A stretch of 64,000 bases of DNA, taken from the NCBI GenBank assembly GCA_021807105.1, contig JAKAPL010000011.1, positions 3,876 through 67,875 on the forward strand. Reading direction: 5' to 3'. The notes under the pieces were generated by a model. It was given only the letters and a program-made list of their open reading frames with translations, had not been told where the DNA came from and did no database searches. Origin of the DNA: Myxococcales bacterium. Lineage in GTDB: Bacteria; Myxococcota; Myxococcia; Myxococcales; JAKAPL01. The position numbers were made by a program, and so were the translations under genes. Position 1 is the stretch's first letter, and every line of letters starts with the position of its first letter. This document shows, one piece after another, positions 28,635 through 37,613 of this stretch.

Positions 28635-30881
28635 CTACCCCCGCGCATCGCCCCCGGCAAGCCGGCCGCGACGGGCGAAGGTGCCGACCCCCAGGGCGAC
28701 CAGGGTCAGTGCGGAAAGCAGGCCCCCCAGCCTCACGCTCCACGGACGGTACTCGAAGACGACGCGGTGGCGGCCTGGCCCGAGGCGAACGGCCCTCACC
28801 ATCCCATAGGCCTCGACGATCGGGACTCTTCGGCCGTCGGAGGTCGCCCTCCAGCCCGGGTAGGGACGGTCGGCCAGCACGAGCCATCGCTTCCCCGAGG
28901 ACGCGGTGGTGACCTCCACGCGCTCGCCGGCATCTCGAACGAGGGTCGCCACGTCCGTTCCTGAATAAGGTTCCCCGGGCGCCGAGGCAGCCGGTGGCGG
29001 AGCGCCCAGGAGGACCTCCCGGCGCGCCCGGGCGAGGGTGTCCGACTTCAAGGCCGCCTCCACGTCGCTGACGACCCGCGCGTCCGGACGCAGCTCGACG
29101 CGCGGCGCGCCCGGGACCCGCGCCGCCCAGTACGGCGCCAGGTCGGTGGCCAGGATCGGCTCCAGACCGGGCCGGGGTTCTGGCCGGTCGCGGAGGAACA
29201 GGGTCACCCCCAGCAGTGCGTCCCCCAGGATCCCGAAACGCGAGAGGATCGCCCCGCCCCGCGGCCCAGGCGTGCCATAGAAGCGCATCGCGGGCAGCCC
29301 ATACTGCGCGAGCACGTTGCCGGCGAGACAGGGCGGCGGACCGCCGAGGTCGAGGAAGAAGCGGCTCCCGGGGAGCGGCGCCCCCGCGAGGCCGTCGACT
29401 CTCCCGCCGGAGAGCCGCGCTCGGGCCGCGGCCAGGACGCGCCTGCACGCGGCCGTGTCGCTCTCGTAAGGCATCTGGAGAGCGCAGGCGGTCGTATCGG
29501 CCGCGCAGGCGAAGAAGAGGGGCCAGGCGCGCCACGAGCCCGGCGGCGCCCACCGGAGGATCGCCGCGAGGACGAGGAGCGCGACCCCGATCCAGGCGAC
29601 GGAGCGCGGAAACGAGGGAGCCATCGCCGCCGTCCGCGTGACCACCGCGGCCGTTACGATAAGAGAGGCGCCCGTCGCCGCGAAGACGGTCGCGAGCCCT
29701 CCCGAGTCCCGCCGCGCGATCCGCTCGATGCCCGCGGCCGCGAGGAGCGCGAGGGCGAAGGGAGCCGCGAAGAGGAACTTGATGGGATACCGCCAGGAGA
29801 AGGCCCCGAGGTGGAGCAGGCCGAGCCCCTCCGACAGCCATCCGCCCCACGCGGCCGCGAGGATCGAGGTGAACACCACCGAGACCAGCCACGCCTCCCG
29901 CCGGCCTCCGCCCCGCAGGCCGGCGGCGGCGAGCATGGCGGCCGGGGCTCCGAGGTAGACGAGGCTCACGAGCCCCTGGAACGGCCCGAAGAAGAAGTCC
30001 TGGAAGCTGCGGGCCGCGGCTTGCCCGCTCGCGAGGAGAGGAAAGAGAAGACCCGCGAGGTCACCGCGGCCGAGCGACCAGGCGGCCGTAAGACCCCGCA
30101 CGGCTTCGTCACGATTCCCCTCGTGGAGCAGCTCGACGAACGGGACGAGCGTGGCGCCGGCCAGTCCTGCTCCCAGGACCCCCGCGAGCGCGCATCGCCA
30201 GAGGGGCGCGTAGTCCCCGGCGCGCGCCCGCTGCGCGGCGGACAGGACGACGGCGAGCACGCCCAGCAGGGTGATCTCCGGAGAAGCAGAGAGCAGACTC
30301 ATCGTGGCGGCGCCCGCGAGCGCCGCGATCCCTCCCCTCCGCTGCTCGAGGACACGCTCGCCGGCGAGCCAGAGCCAGGGCAGCCAAGCGGCGGCGGCGA
30401 GGAGATTGGGCCGTTCGAACGCGGAGTAGAATAGCGGCGCGGCAGCCACGAGCGCCGCTGCGCCAACGGCCGCCTCGCGGGAGAGGCCGATCCTCCGGCC
30501 TACCCGCGCGGTGCCGAGCGCGGCCCAGAGGAGGTGGCCAAACGAGAAGACGTAGATCGCGACTTCCAGGGGAAGCGCGGAGAAGAGGAGCGCGGCAGGC
30601 GGATAGAGCGCCTGGCTCTGGAGACTCGCGAGGAACGGGATCCCCGTCCCCATCTCGGGATCCCAGAGCGGCAAACGCCCTCGGCGCAGCGCCTCGCCGA
30701 GGTACTTCCAAAAAGGACGGTAGAGGAAATCGAGGTCTCCGCCCCCCAGGGCGGGACCACGCGCGAGGGCGCGCAGGGCCACGGCCGAGGGCGGGAGGAC
30801 GACGAGGAGCCACCCGAGCCACGCGGGGGACGACCGAAACTGGGTGTGCTCCGACGAAATGCCGGCGGCGCCCAACGCCAA
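28635..30881 (-). CDS. YfhO-family polytopic membrane protein (GT-C-type glycosyltransferase-like)
   Basis: ...DLDFLYRPFWKYLGEALRRGRLPLWDPEMGTGIPFLASLQSQALYPPAALLF... is a YfhO-like N-terminal signature. Many TM helices and a C-terminal soluble domain. The ORF-track start (31031) would overlap flp, so TTG at 30881 or 30875 is more likely, 17 nt after the flp stop. Confidence 0.7.
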   Translation of the reverse strand: MALGAAGISSEHTQFRSSPAWLGWLLVVLPPSAVALRALARGPALGGGDLDFLYRPFWKYLGEALRRGRLPLWDPEMGTGIPFLASLQSQALYPPAALLFSALPLEVAIYVFSFGHLLWAALGTARVGRRIGLSREAAVGAAALVAAAPLFYSAFERPNLLAAAAWLPWLWLAGERVLEQRRGGIAALAGAATMSLLSASPEITLLGVLAVVLSAAQRARAGDYAPLWRCALAGVLGAGLAGATLVPFVELLHEGNRDEAVRGLTAAWSLGRGDLAGLLFPLLASGQAAARSFQDFFFGPFQGLVSLVYLGAPAAMLAAAGLRGGGRREAWLVSVVFTSILAAAWGGWLSEGLGLLHLGAFSWRYPIKFLFAAPFALALLAAAGIERIARRDSGGLATVFAATGASLIVTAAVVTRTAAMAPSFPRSVAWIGVALLVLAAILRWAPPGSWRAWPLFFACAADTTACALQMPYESDTAACRRVLAAARARLSGGRVDGLAGAPLPGSRFFLDLGGPPPCLAGNVLAQYGLPAMRFYGTPGPRGGAILSRFGILGDALLGVTLFLRDRPEPRPGLEPILATDLAPYWAARVPGAPRVELRPDARVVSDVEAALKSDTLARARREVLLGAPPPAASAPGEPYSGTDVATLVRDAGERVEVTTASSGKRWLVLADRPYPGWRATSDGRRVPIVEAYGMVRAVRLGPGRHRVVFEYRPWSVRLGGLLSALTLVALGVGTFARRGRLAGGDARG

Positions 30882-30897
30882 AGGCGCACGCCGCCGA

Positions 30898-31140
30898 CTA
30901 CTCTGTGCCGACGTTCGAGAGGGTGCGCTGGCCGGCGTGGCTCCCCTGGAGGCTGAGGGTCGGGTTTGCCGACGTCTGCCCGCCGAGGATTTCCACGGAG
31001 GCGCCGAACAGTTGGCGGATGTTGTTGCCAAAAATCGTGATGATGCCCACGGCGGCGATCGCGATCAGGGCGACGATGATGATGTACTCCGTCATACCCT
31101 GCCCGCGGCGTCTCCTGAGATCTTCTTTTCCGCGGATCAC
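30898..31140 (-). CDS. flp: Flp/Fap-family type IVb pilin (copy 1)
   Basis: GTG 31140 with GAAGGAAGG RBS. VIRGKEDLRRRRG|QGMTEYIIIVALIAIAAVGIITIFG carries the Flp G/xxxxEY processing motif plus a hydrophobic helix. 80 aa, colinear with the paralog at 31222..31464. Confidence 0.8.
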   Translation of the reverse strand: MIRGKEDLRRRRGQGMTEYIIIVALIAIAAVGIITIFGNNIRQLFGASVEILGGQTSANPTLSLQGSHAGQRTLSNVGTE

Positions 31141-31175
31141 GCTGGCCTTCCTTCTTTTCACGCGAGGGACGACGA

Positions 31176-31208
31176 GGGGAGGTGACCGGACCATCCGGCC
31201 ACCTCCCC
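31176..31208 (-). terminator. Strong stem-loop between the two flp genes (attenuator or terminator candidate)
   Basis: On the minus strand, GGGGAGGTG-15 nt-CACCTCCCC forms a perfect 9-bp G/C-rich stem. It lies 14 nt after the flp copy-2 stop and 36 nt before the flp copy-1 start. Confidence 0.4.
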
Positions 31209-31221
31209 GGACGTCGTTAGG

Positions 31222-31464
31222 TCACTCGGCCCCGAAGTTCGAGAGCGTGCGGGCGTTCGAGTGCGAGCCAGCCGCCGTGAGCGTCGGGTTCGCGGAGGTC
31301 GCTCCACCGAGGATGTCCACGGAGGCGCCGAACAGTTGGCGGATGTTGTTGCCGAACACCGTGATGATGCCCACGGCGGCGATCGCGATCAGGGCAACGA
31401 TGATGATGTACTCGGTCATGCCCTGCCCGCGGTTCCTCTTCGAGAGCTTCTTCGGATTCACCAT
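31222..31464 (-). CDS. flp: Flp/Fap-family type IVb pilin (copy 2)
   Basis: ATG 31464 with AAAGGA RBS. MVNPKKLSKRNRG|QGMTEYIIIVALIAIAAVGIITVFGNNIRQLFGASVDILGG... 80 aa. Confidence 0.85.
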   Translation of the reverse strand: MVNPKKLSKRNRGQGMTEYIIIVALIAIAAVGIITVFGNNIRQLFGASVDILGGATSANPTLTAAGSHSNARTLSNFGAE

Positions 31465-31616
31465 TTACAGCGTCCTTTCTTTTGCGCGGCGGATCGAACG
31501 CCGCAGTGGTTGAGAGCAGCCTACCGTAAGGTCGCGCGGTCCGCCATCCGTCAACCGGCAGATGGGGGACGATGCCTCTCTCCAGCCTCCTTTTCGTGGA
31601 TGCGTCTTGTGAGGCC

Positions 31617-31679
31617 CCCCTTCGCGGCCGCGATCTCGAAACGCCTCGCTACGCCGTACCGTGAAGGAAGTAAGACGGG
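31617..31679 (+). repeat. Variant copy of the 56-nt dispersed repeat
   Basis: CCCCTTCGCGGCCGCGATCTCGAAACGCCTCGCTACGCCGTACCGTGAAGGAAGTAAGACGGG shares the core ACGCCTCGCTACGCCGTACCGTGAA and the terminal AAGACGGG with the other copies. Confidence 0.7.
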
Positions 31680-31732
31680 CTCACGTTCACTTTAGTGGTC
31701 CATGAAGATCGGGTGCTCCTCCGAATCCCAGC

Positions 31733-31762
31733 TTGACCCGCGCGCAGCCGCTGGGGTAATAA
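31733..31762 (+). promoter_or_regulatory. Candidate sigma70-type promoter for hppA
   Basis: TTGACC (31733-38), a 16-nt spacer, then GGTAAT (31755-60), with TAATAA overlapping at 31757-62. It lies ~45 nt upstream of the hppA start. This is pattern matching only. Confidence 0.25.
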
Positions 31763-31807
31763 CGCGCCGCGCCGTGGCGGCCTCTCGCCGCCGCGAGGAG
31801 GAGAGTC

Positions 31808-33970
31808 GTGCAAATAGCGGAGATGGGCTGGATGATCGTGGTCCTCGGCGCCAGCGCGCTGTCGCTGATCGTCGCGCTCGCGATCGCGAGGTGGGTGCTG
31901 GCGAGGGACACCGGTACCGACGCCATGCGGAAGATCTCGGACGCCATCCGGGAGGGGGCCGAGGCGTTCATGAGCCGCCAGTACCGGACGATCGGGATGC
32001 TCTCCATCCTGCTCGCGGTGATCATCTTCGTCCTCTATGCCTTCGTCCGCGATCTGAACAGCGCCGAAAAGCTGCAGGGGCTCACCACGATGGGCCTCGC
32101 CGTCGCGGTGGTCCTCTCCTTCATCCTGGGCGCCCTCTGCTCGGCCGTCGCCGGCTACGTCGGCATGTGGATCGCGATCCGCACCAACATCAGGACCGCC
32201 TCGGCCGCGCGCAGCTCGCTCAACGACGCCCTGCGCATCGCCCTGCGGGGCGGCGCGGTCTCCGGCATCTTCGTCGTCGCGATGAGCTTGCTCGGCGTGG
32301 GCGGCCTCTACGCGACGCTCCTGTACGGCTTCCACATGACGGCGACGCGCATCCCCTTCATGATCGTGGGATACGGCTTCGGCGCGTCGTTCGTCGCTCT
32401 CTTCGCGCAGCTCGGCGGCGGCATCTATACGAAGGCCGCGGACGTGGGGGCCGACCTCGTCGGCAAGGTCGAGGCGGGCATCCCCGAGGACGATCCGCGC
32501 AACCCGGCGGTCGTGGCCGACCTCGTGGGCGACAACGTCGGCGACTGCGCCGGCCGCGGCGCGGACCTCTTCGAGTCCACCGCCGCCGAGAACATCGGGG
32601 CGATGATCCTGGGCGTCGCGCTCATCAAGCCGGGCGGTTACACACCCCTCGTGATCCTCTTCCCCCTCGTCGCCCGCGCCTTCGGCCTCATCGGCTCGAT
32701 CCTCGGCGTGCTCTACGTGAAGACCCGGGAGGACGAGGACCCGATGGCCGCCCTGAACCGCGGCTATTACGTGAGCGCGCTCTTCGCCGCGGCAGGCTTC
32801 TTCGTGGCGAGCCGGTTCCTGCTCGACAACCCGGCCCACCCGGACGCCTGGCTCTACTACTTCTTCTGCGGCGTCGTCGGGATCCTGACGAGCGTCGCCT
32901 TCGTGTACATCACCCAGTACTACACCGAGTACAAGTACCGCCCGGTGAAGGAGATCGCCGAGGCGTCGCAGACCGGCCCGGCGACGAACATCATCACCGG
33001 CGTCGCGGTCGGCTTCGAGTGCACGGCGCTCCCGGTCGTGACCATCGCGATCGCCATCCTCGTCGCCTATGGGCTGGGCAAGGCGACCGGCGTCGCCGGC
33101 GGCGGCCTCTTTGGCATCGCGGTCGCCACGATGGGCATGCTCGGGACCGCGGCCTACATCCTGGCGATGGACACCTTCGGGCCGATCACCGACAACGCCG
33201 GCGGCATCGTCGAGATGAGCCAGCAGCCGGAGGAGATCCGCAAGAAGACCGACCGGCTCGACGCGGTGGGCAACACCACGAAGGCGCTCACCAAGGGCTA
33301 CGCGATCGGATCGGCCGCCCTCGCCGCGTTCCTGCTCTTCGAGGCCTATATCGAGGAGGTCAACAACTACGGCTTCCCGTTGAAGACGGTGGACATCAAC
33401 AAGCCCGCGGTCTTCGTCGGCGCGCTGCTCGGCGGCATGCTGGTGTTCCTCTTCTCGGCCCTCGCCATCCGGGCCGTCGGCAAGGCGGCCTACTACGTGA
33501 TCAACGAGGTCCGGCGCCAGTTCAAGGAGCTGCCGGGGATCCTGGAAGGGAAGAACAAGCCCGATTACGGCCGCTGCGTGGACATCGTGACCGTCGGATC
33601 GCTCAAGATGATGATCCTCCCCGGCGTGCTCGCGGTGGGCATGCCCATCGTGGTCGGCGTCATCTTCCGCTTCCTCTTCCACGAAGGCGCCGAGGTGGTG
33701 GCCGCGCTGCTCATGGTCGGGACGATCGTCGGGATCCTCATGGCGACCTTCCTGAACAACTCGGGCGGGGCCTGGGACAACGCAAAGAAGTACATCGAGA
33801 CCGGCGCTTTCGGCGGCAAGCGGAGCGACCCCCACAAGGCCGCGGTCGTCGGCGACACCGTCGGCGACCCGTTCAAGGACACCGCCGGCCCGTCGCTGCA
33901 CGTGCTCATCAAGCTGCTCGCGACCGTGACCCTCGTCCTCGCGCCCCTCTTCGTCGGCACGGGGTCGTAA
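31808..33970 (+). CDS. hppA: Membrane-bound proton/sodium-translocating pyrophosphatase
   Basis: 720 aa, polytopic. Signature segments GGGIYTKAADVGADLVGKVE, DNVGDCAGRGADLFES, GDTVGDPFKDTAGPSL. GTG 31808 follows GAGGAGGAGAG (alternative ATG at 31823). Confidence 0.95.
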   Translation: MQIAEMGWMIVVLGASALSLIVALAIARWVLARDTGTDAMRKISDAIREGAEAFMSRQYRTIGMLSILLAVIIFVLYAFVRDLNSAEKLQGLTTMGLAVAVVLSFILGALCSAVAGYVGMWIAIRTNIRTASAARSSLNDALRIALRGGAVSGIFVVAMSLLGVGGLYATLLYGFHMTATRIPFMIVGYGFGASFVALFAQLGGGIYTKAADVGADLVGKVEAGIPEDDPRNPAVVADLVGDNVGDCAGRGADLFESTAAENIGAMILGVALIKPGGYTPLVILFPLVARAFGLIGSILGVLYVKTREDEDPMAALNRGYYVSALFAAAGFFVASRFLLDNPAHPDAWLYYFFCGVVGILTSVAFVYITQYYTEYKYRPVKEIAEASQTGPATNIITGVAVGFECTALPVVTIAIAILVAYGLGKATGVAGGGLFGIAVATMGMLGTAAYILAMDTFGPITDNAGGIVEMSQQPEEIRKKTDRLDAVGNTTKALTKGYAIGSAALAAFLLFEAYIEEVNNYGFPLKTVDINKPAVFVGALLGGMLVFLFSALAIRAVGKAAYYVINEVRRQFKELPGILEGKNKPDYGRCVDIVTVGSLKMMILPGVLAVGMPIVVGVIFRFLFHEGAEVVAALLMVGTIVGILMATFLNNSGGAWDNAKKYIETGAFGGKRSDPHKAAVVGDTVGDPFKDTAGPSLHVLIKLLATVTLVLAPLFVGTGS

Positions 33971-34070
33971 GCCCGAGAGGCCCCGGGCGCGCAAGCCGCC
34001 GAAGGGGACCCGTCGAAGGCGGCACAACCGGCGAAGCGAGCGTCTCTCGGCGAAGGCCGGCCCCCGCCGA

Positions 34071-34119
34071 GGGAGGCTCAAGTACCTCCCCCAAAGTCGT
34101 CGCAGGGGGCAAGTCCCCC
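34071..34119. terminator. Two short G/C hairpins in the convergent gap between hppA and the giant Cys-rich gene
   Basis: GGGAGG-CTCAAGTA-CCTCCC (34071-34090) and GGGGG-CAAGT-CCCCC (34105-34119). No U-tracts. Confidence 0.2.
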
Positions 34120-34180
34120 CACAGGCGTGAAGGAGCGAGCACCCCCTTGCCGAAGGGCGGGCTCCGGGTCAGTGGGCTCG

Positions 34181-37100
34181 TTAGCCCCGCGCCGTGGCCC
34201 GCCGCCGCTTCTTCCGCATCCCCGCCACCACCGTCGCGAGCAGGAGCAGGCCGAAGGGCCCGCCGCTCCCGCCGGCCGTCGCACAGTTGAAGCCGCCGCC
34301 GAGGAAGCGGGTGGCGGCGTTGCACGTCCCGGAGACGCAGATCGCGCTCGCGGGGCAGGCCGCCATGTCGGCGGGCGTGCACTGCACGCAGCGGCCGGAG
34401 GAGCTGTCGCAGACCGGGGTCCCCGGGTGGCCGGCGCAGTCCGCGGCGCCGGCGCAGGGGACGCAGCTCCCGCCGTCGGCGCACGTGGGGTCGGCGGCGC
34501 CCCCGCAGTCCGCATTGTTCGTGCAGCCAATGCAGCGGTGGATGGCCGTCCCGCAGGCCGGCGTCTGGCCGCTGCAGGCCGCGCCATTCTGGACGGTGCA
34601 CTCAACGCAGAGGCCGGAGGCGAGGTCGCAGGCGGGCGTGCCCGCGTGGCCCGCGCAACCCTGATCGGAGGTGCAGGGGCCGCAGCGGCTCGTGGTCGCG
34701 CCGCACTGCGGGACCGGGTTCGCGCACTGGGAGTTCTCCGAGCAGACGCAGCTGCCGGTCGCGGAATCGCAGATCTCTCCCGCGGCACAGAGGGCCGAGT
34801 CTCCCGCGGCGCACTGGACGCAGCGGCCCGTCGACACGTTGCAGACCGGGGTCCCCGGGTGGTCCGTGCAGCCGGAGTCCGACGTGCAGGGGACGCAGGA
34901 ACCACCGACGCAGGAGGGCGCGGCCGGGCTCGTGCAGTCGGCGTTCGAGACGCACGCGACGCACTCGTCCCGGCTCGTGTCGCAGCGCGGCGTCGCGCCG
35001 GTGCAGGCGGCGGAGCTCGTACCGGTGCATTGGACGCAGAGGCCGTGGGCCGCGTCGCAGGCGAGCGTGCCCGCGTGGCCGGCGCAGTCGGGATCGGTCG
35101 CGCAGGGGACGCAGACCTGGTTCTTCGTGTCGCAGGTCGGCTTGGGGTTCACGCACTGGGAATTCCCCGTGCAGCCGCAGCTCCGGGTCGCCGCGTTGCA
35201 GCTCTCGCCGGTCGCGCAGGCGGTCGCGTTGCCCGAGGTGCACTGGACGCAGAGGCCGGAGGCGAGGTCGCAGGCGGGCGTGTCCGGGTGACCGGCGCAG
35301 CCCGTGTCCGAGCTGCAGCGGACGCAGCTCCCGGACGCGCAGGTCGGAGTCGGGTTGGCGCACTGGGCGTTCCCGGTGCACCCCTGGCAGGTGCCGGCGT
35401 CGGCGTCGCAGCTCTGACCGGTCCCGCAGGCCTGTGGGTTCCCCGCCGTACACTGGACGCACCAGCCCGTGGCGACGTCGCAGGCCGGAAGGCTCGGGTT
35501 CGCCGTGCAGCCCGTGTCGTCCTTGCACGGCCCGCAGCTCCCGCCGGCGCACGCCGGCGTCGGGTTCGCGCACTGCGCGTTGTCGTGGCAACCCTGGCAG
35601 GAGCCGGCGTCGACGTCGCAGCCTTGGCCTGCGGCGCAAGCGGTCTGGTTGCCCGCCGTGCACTGGACGCAGAGGCCGGTCGCGAGGTCGCAGGCGGGCG
35701 TGCCCGCGTGGCCAGCGCAGCCCAGGTCCGACGTGCAGGGAGCACAGGCGGCGCTCGCGCACGCGGGCGTCGGATTCTCGCACTGGGAGTTTTGCGTGCA
35801 GGCGACGCATCTGTCCGTGGCGCCGTCGCAGACCTGGCCGGCCGGGCAGGCCGCCGCGTCGGCCGGGGTGCACTGGACGCAGAGACCGGAGGCGAGGTCG
35901 CAGGCGGGCGTGCCCGCGTGGCCGGCGCAGCCCGCCTCCGACGTGCAGGGAGCGCAGGCGGCGGCGAGGCAGGTGGGAGTGGGGTTCGCGCACTGAGAGT
36001 TCTCCGAGCAGCCGCACGTGCCGCCGGCGCAGACCGTTCCCGGCGTGCAGGCCGACGAGTTCTGCGCCGTGCACTGGACACACTTGCCCGTGCCCACGTC
36101 ACAGGCGGGCGTGCCCGGGTGGCCCACGCAGCCGGTGTCCGAGGTGCAGGGGACGCAGTCGCCGCCCACGCAGGCGGGCATCGCCGGGTCACGGCATCCG
36201 GTGTTGTCGCTGCAGGGGCCGCACCGGTTCGTGGCCGCGTTGCAGGTCGGCTGCTCCGACGTGTTGCAGGCGGTCGGGTTCGTCGCGGTGCACGGCACGC
36301 ACTGGCCGGACGACGTCTTGCAGGCGGGCGTGCCGTCGTGGCCGGCGCAGCCCGAATCCGAGGTGCACGGTCCACACTGCCCGGAGACGCATGAGGGGGA
36401 GTTGGTCCCGGTGCAGTTCGCGTTCGTGAGGCAGGCGACGCAGGTGTCGGTCGTGAGGTCGCAGTACTTCTTGTCGCTGTCGCCCCCCGGGTCCGGCTCA
36501 TCACTCCCCGGCCCGGAACCGTCTCCTTCCTCGCCGCAGGCGGTCTGGTTCGTGGCGGTGCACTGGACGCAGCGGCCGGTCGTCGCATCGCAGGCGGGGG
36601 TTCCCGGGTGGCCCGCGCAGCCCGAGTCGGACGCGCAAGCGACGCAGGTGCCGCCCGAGCAGGTCGGCGCCGCGGGCTGGGTGCAGTCGGCGTTCGTCTG
36701 GCAGGCAACGCATCGGTGGGTCGCCGGGTCACAGATCGGCGTCGCGCCGGAGCACGCCGAGGCGTCGGCGGCCGTGCACGAAACGCAGGCGCCGGAGACA
36801 CAGAGGGGAGTCGCGCCCGCGCAGGTGAGGCAGGACGGACCGCAGGTCGCCGCCGTGCAGGCCCGACAGCCGTTGGCGTCGCAGACAAAGGGATCGCTCG
36901 CGGCGCTGATCAGCGTGTCGGTCCCGGAGGGATCGAGGATGTCCTTGGAGAGATTGCGGGCGTTGGTCGATGTGCCGCAGACGAACTCCATCTTCGTCGT
37001 GGGGCCGATGCCAGCGCTCCGCAGGTCGGGGAACGGCTGCGCCCAGTCGGCGAAGTAGTCCTGCACACCGCCGATCGCCGAAGGGGCGGTGACCTGCTCC

Positions 37101-37588
37101 GCCAGGCTCGGGAGCGGATAGACGACCGGGTAGGACGCGAGGACCGTGGTCGCGAGCTGCGCGGGCGAGTTCGGGGGAGAGACCGCTGGGGAGCCCTCCA
37201 GGAAGAGGCTGCTCGTCTTCCCGTCCAGGAGCGAGAGGAGCTGGTAGGTGGCCGCGCTCGGGTCGGTGTTGGGGGTGGTGAGGATCTCGCAGCCCCAGCC
37301 GTACGCGACGAGCGAGTTGGTGGCCTTGAGGATCGGACCGCCCACCCGCAGGCGGAAGTATAAGTAGGAGGAGTCGGCGGCGATGTACGCCGAGGGGTAC
37401 GGGGTGGTCGCGTCGCCGACGATGTCTACCGGCCCGCCGGGACTGACGTCGCCGGCGGGGTCCCAGAGGACCTGGCCACCATGGAAGGTCAGCGCCACCC
37501 AGGGCGGCGTGGCGGCCGGAAAGGACTGCGCCCGCGCGGACGCGGCAAAGGCGACCGAGAGGAAGGAAACGACGGCGGCGCGCTTCAT
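34181..37588 (-). CDS. Giant secreted cysteine-rich-repeat protein with a MYXO-CTERM-like C-terminal sorting tail (TraA-like architecture)
   Basis: ATG 37588 with AGGAGA RBS. Signal MKRAAVVSFLSVAFAASARAQS, then a ~270-aa unique N-terminal domain. About 800 aa of modules follow, like CxPCTSDxGCAGHxGTPACDxxxGxCVQCTxxNxxAC. The C-terminus is GGGFNCATAGGSGGPFGLLLLATVVAGMRKKRRR (Cys, Gly/Ser, TM helix, basic cluster). Confidence 0.8.
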   Translation of the reverse strand: MKRAAVVSFLSVAFAASARAQSFPAATPPWVALTFHGGQVLWDPAGDVSPGGPVDIVGDATTPYPSAYIAADSSYLYFRLRVGGPILKATNSLVAYGWGCEILTTPNTDPSAATYQLLSLLDGKTSSLFLEGSPAVSPPNSPAQLATTVLASYPVVYPLPSLAEQVTAPSAIGGVQDYFADWAQPFPDLRSAGIGPTTKMEFVCGTSTNARNLSKDILDPSGTDTLISAASDPFVCDANGCRACTAATCGPSCLTCAGATPLCVSGACVSCTAADASACSGATPICDPATHRCVACQTNADCTQPAAPTCSGGTCVACASDSGCAGHPGTPACDATTGRCVQCTATNQTACGEEGDGSGPGSDEPDPGGDSDKKYCDLTTDTCVACLTNANCTGTNSPSCVSGQCGPCTSDSGCAGHDGTPACKTSSGQCVPCTATNPTACNTSEQPTCNAATNRCGPCSDNTGCRDPAMPACVGGDCVPCTSDTGCVGHPGTPACDVGTGKCVQCTAQNSSACTPGTVCAGGTCGCSENSQCANPTPTCLAAACAPCTSEAGCAGHAGTPACDLASGLCVQCTPADAAACPAGQVCDGATDRCVACTQNSQCENPTPACASAACAPCTSDLGCAGHAGTPACDLATGLCVQCTAGNQTACAAGQGCDVDAGSCQGCHDNAQCANPTPACAGGSCGPCKDDTGCTANPSLPACDVATGWCVQCTAGNPQACGTGQSCDADAGTCQGCTGNAQCANPTPTCASGSCVRCSSDTGCAGHPDTPACDLASGLCVQCTSGNATACATGESCNAATRSCGCTGNSQCVNPKPTCDTKNQVCVPCATDPDCAGHAGTLACDAAHGLCVQCTGTSSAACTGATPRCDTSRDECVACVSNADCTSPAAPSCVGGSCVPCTSDSGCTDHPGTPVCNVSTGRCVQCAAGDSALCAAGEICDSATGSCVCSENSQCANPVPQCGATTSRCGPCTSDQGCAGHAGTPACDLASGLCVECTVQNGAACSGQTPACGTAIHRCIGCTNNADCGGAADPTCADGGSCVPCAGAADCAGHPGTPVCDSSSGRCVQCTPADMAACPASAICVSGTCNAATRFLGGGFNCATAGGSGGPFGLLLLATVVAGMRKKRRRATARG

Positions 37589-37613
37589 GGTTTTTCTCCT
37601 GCTTGGCGTGCTC

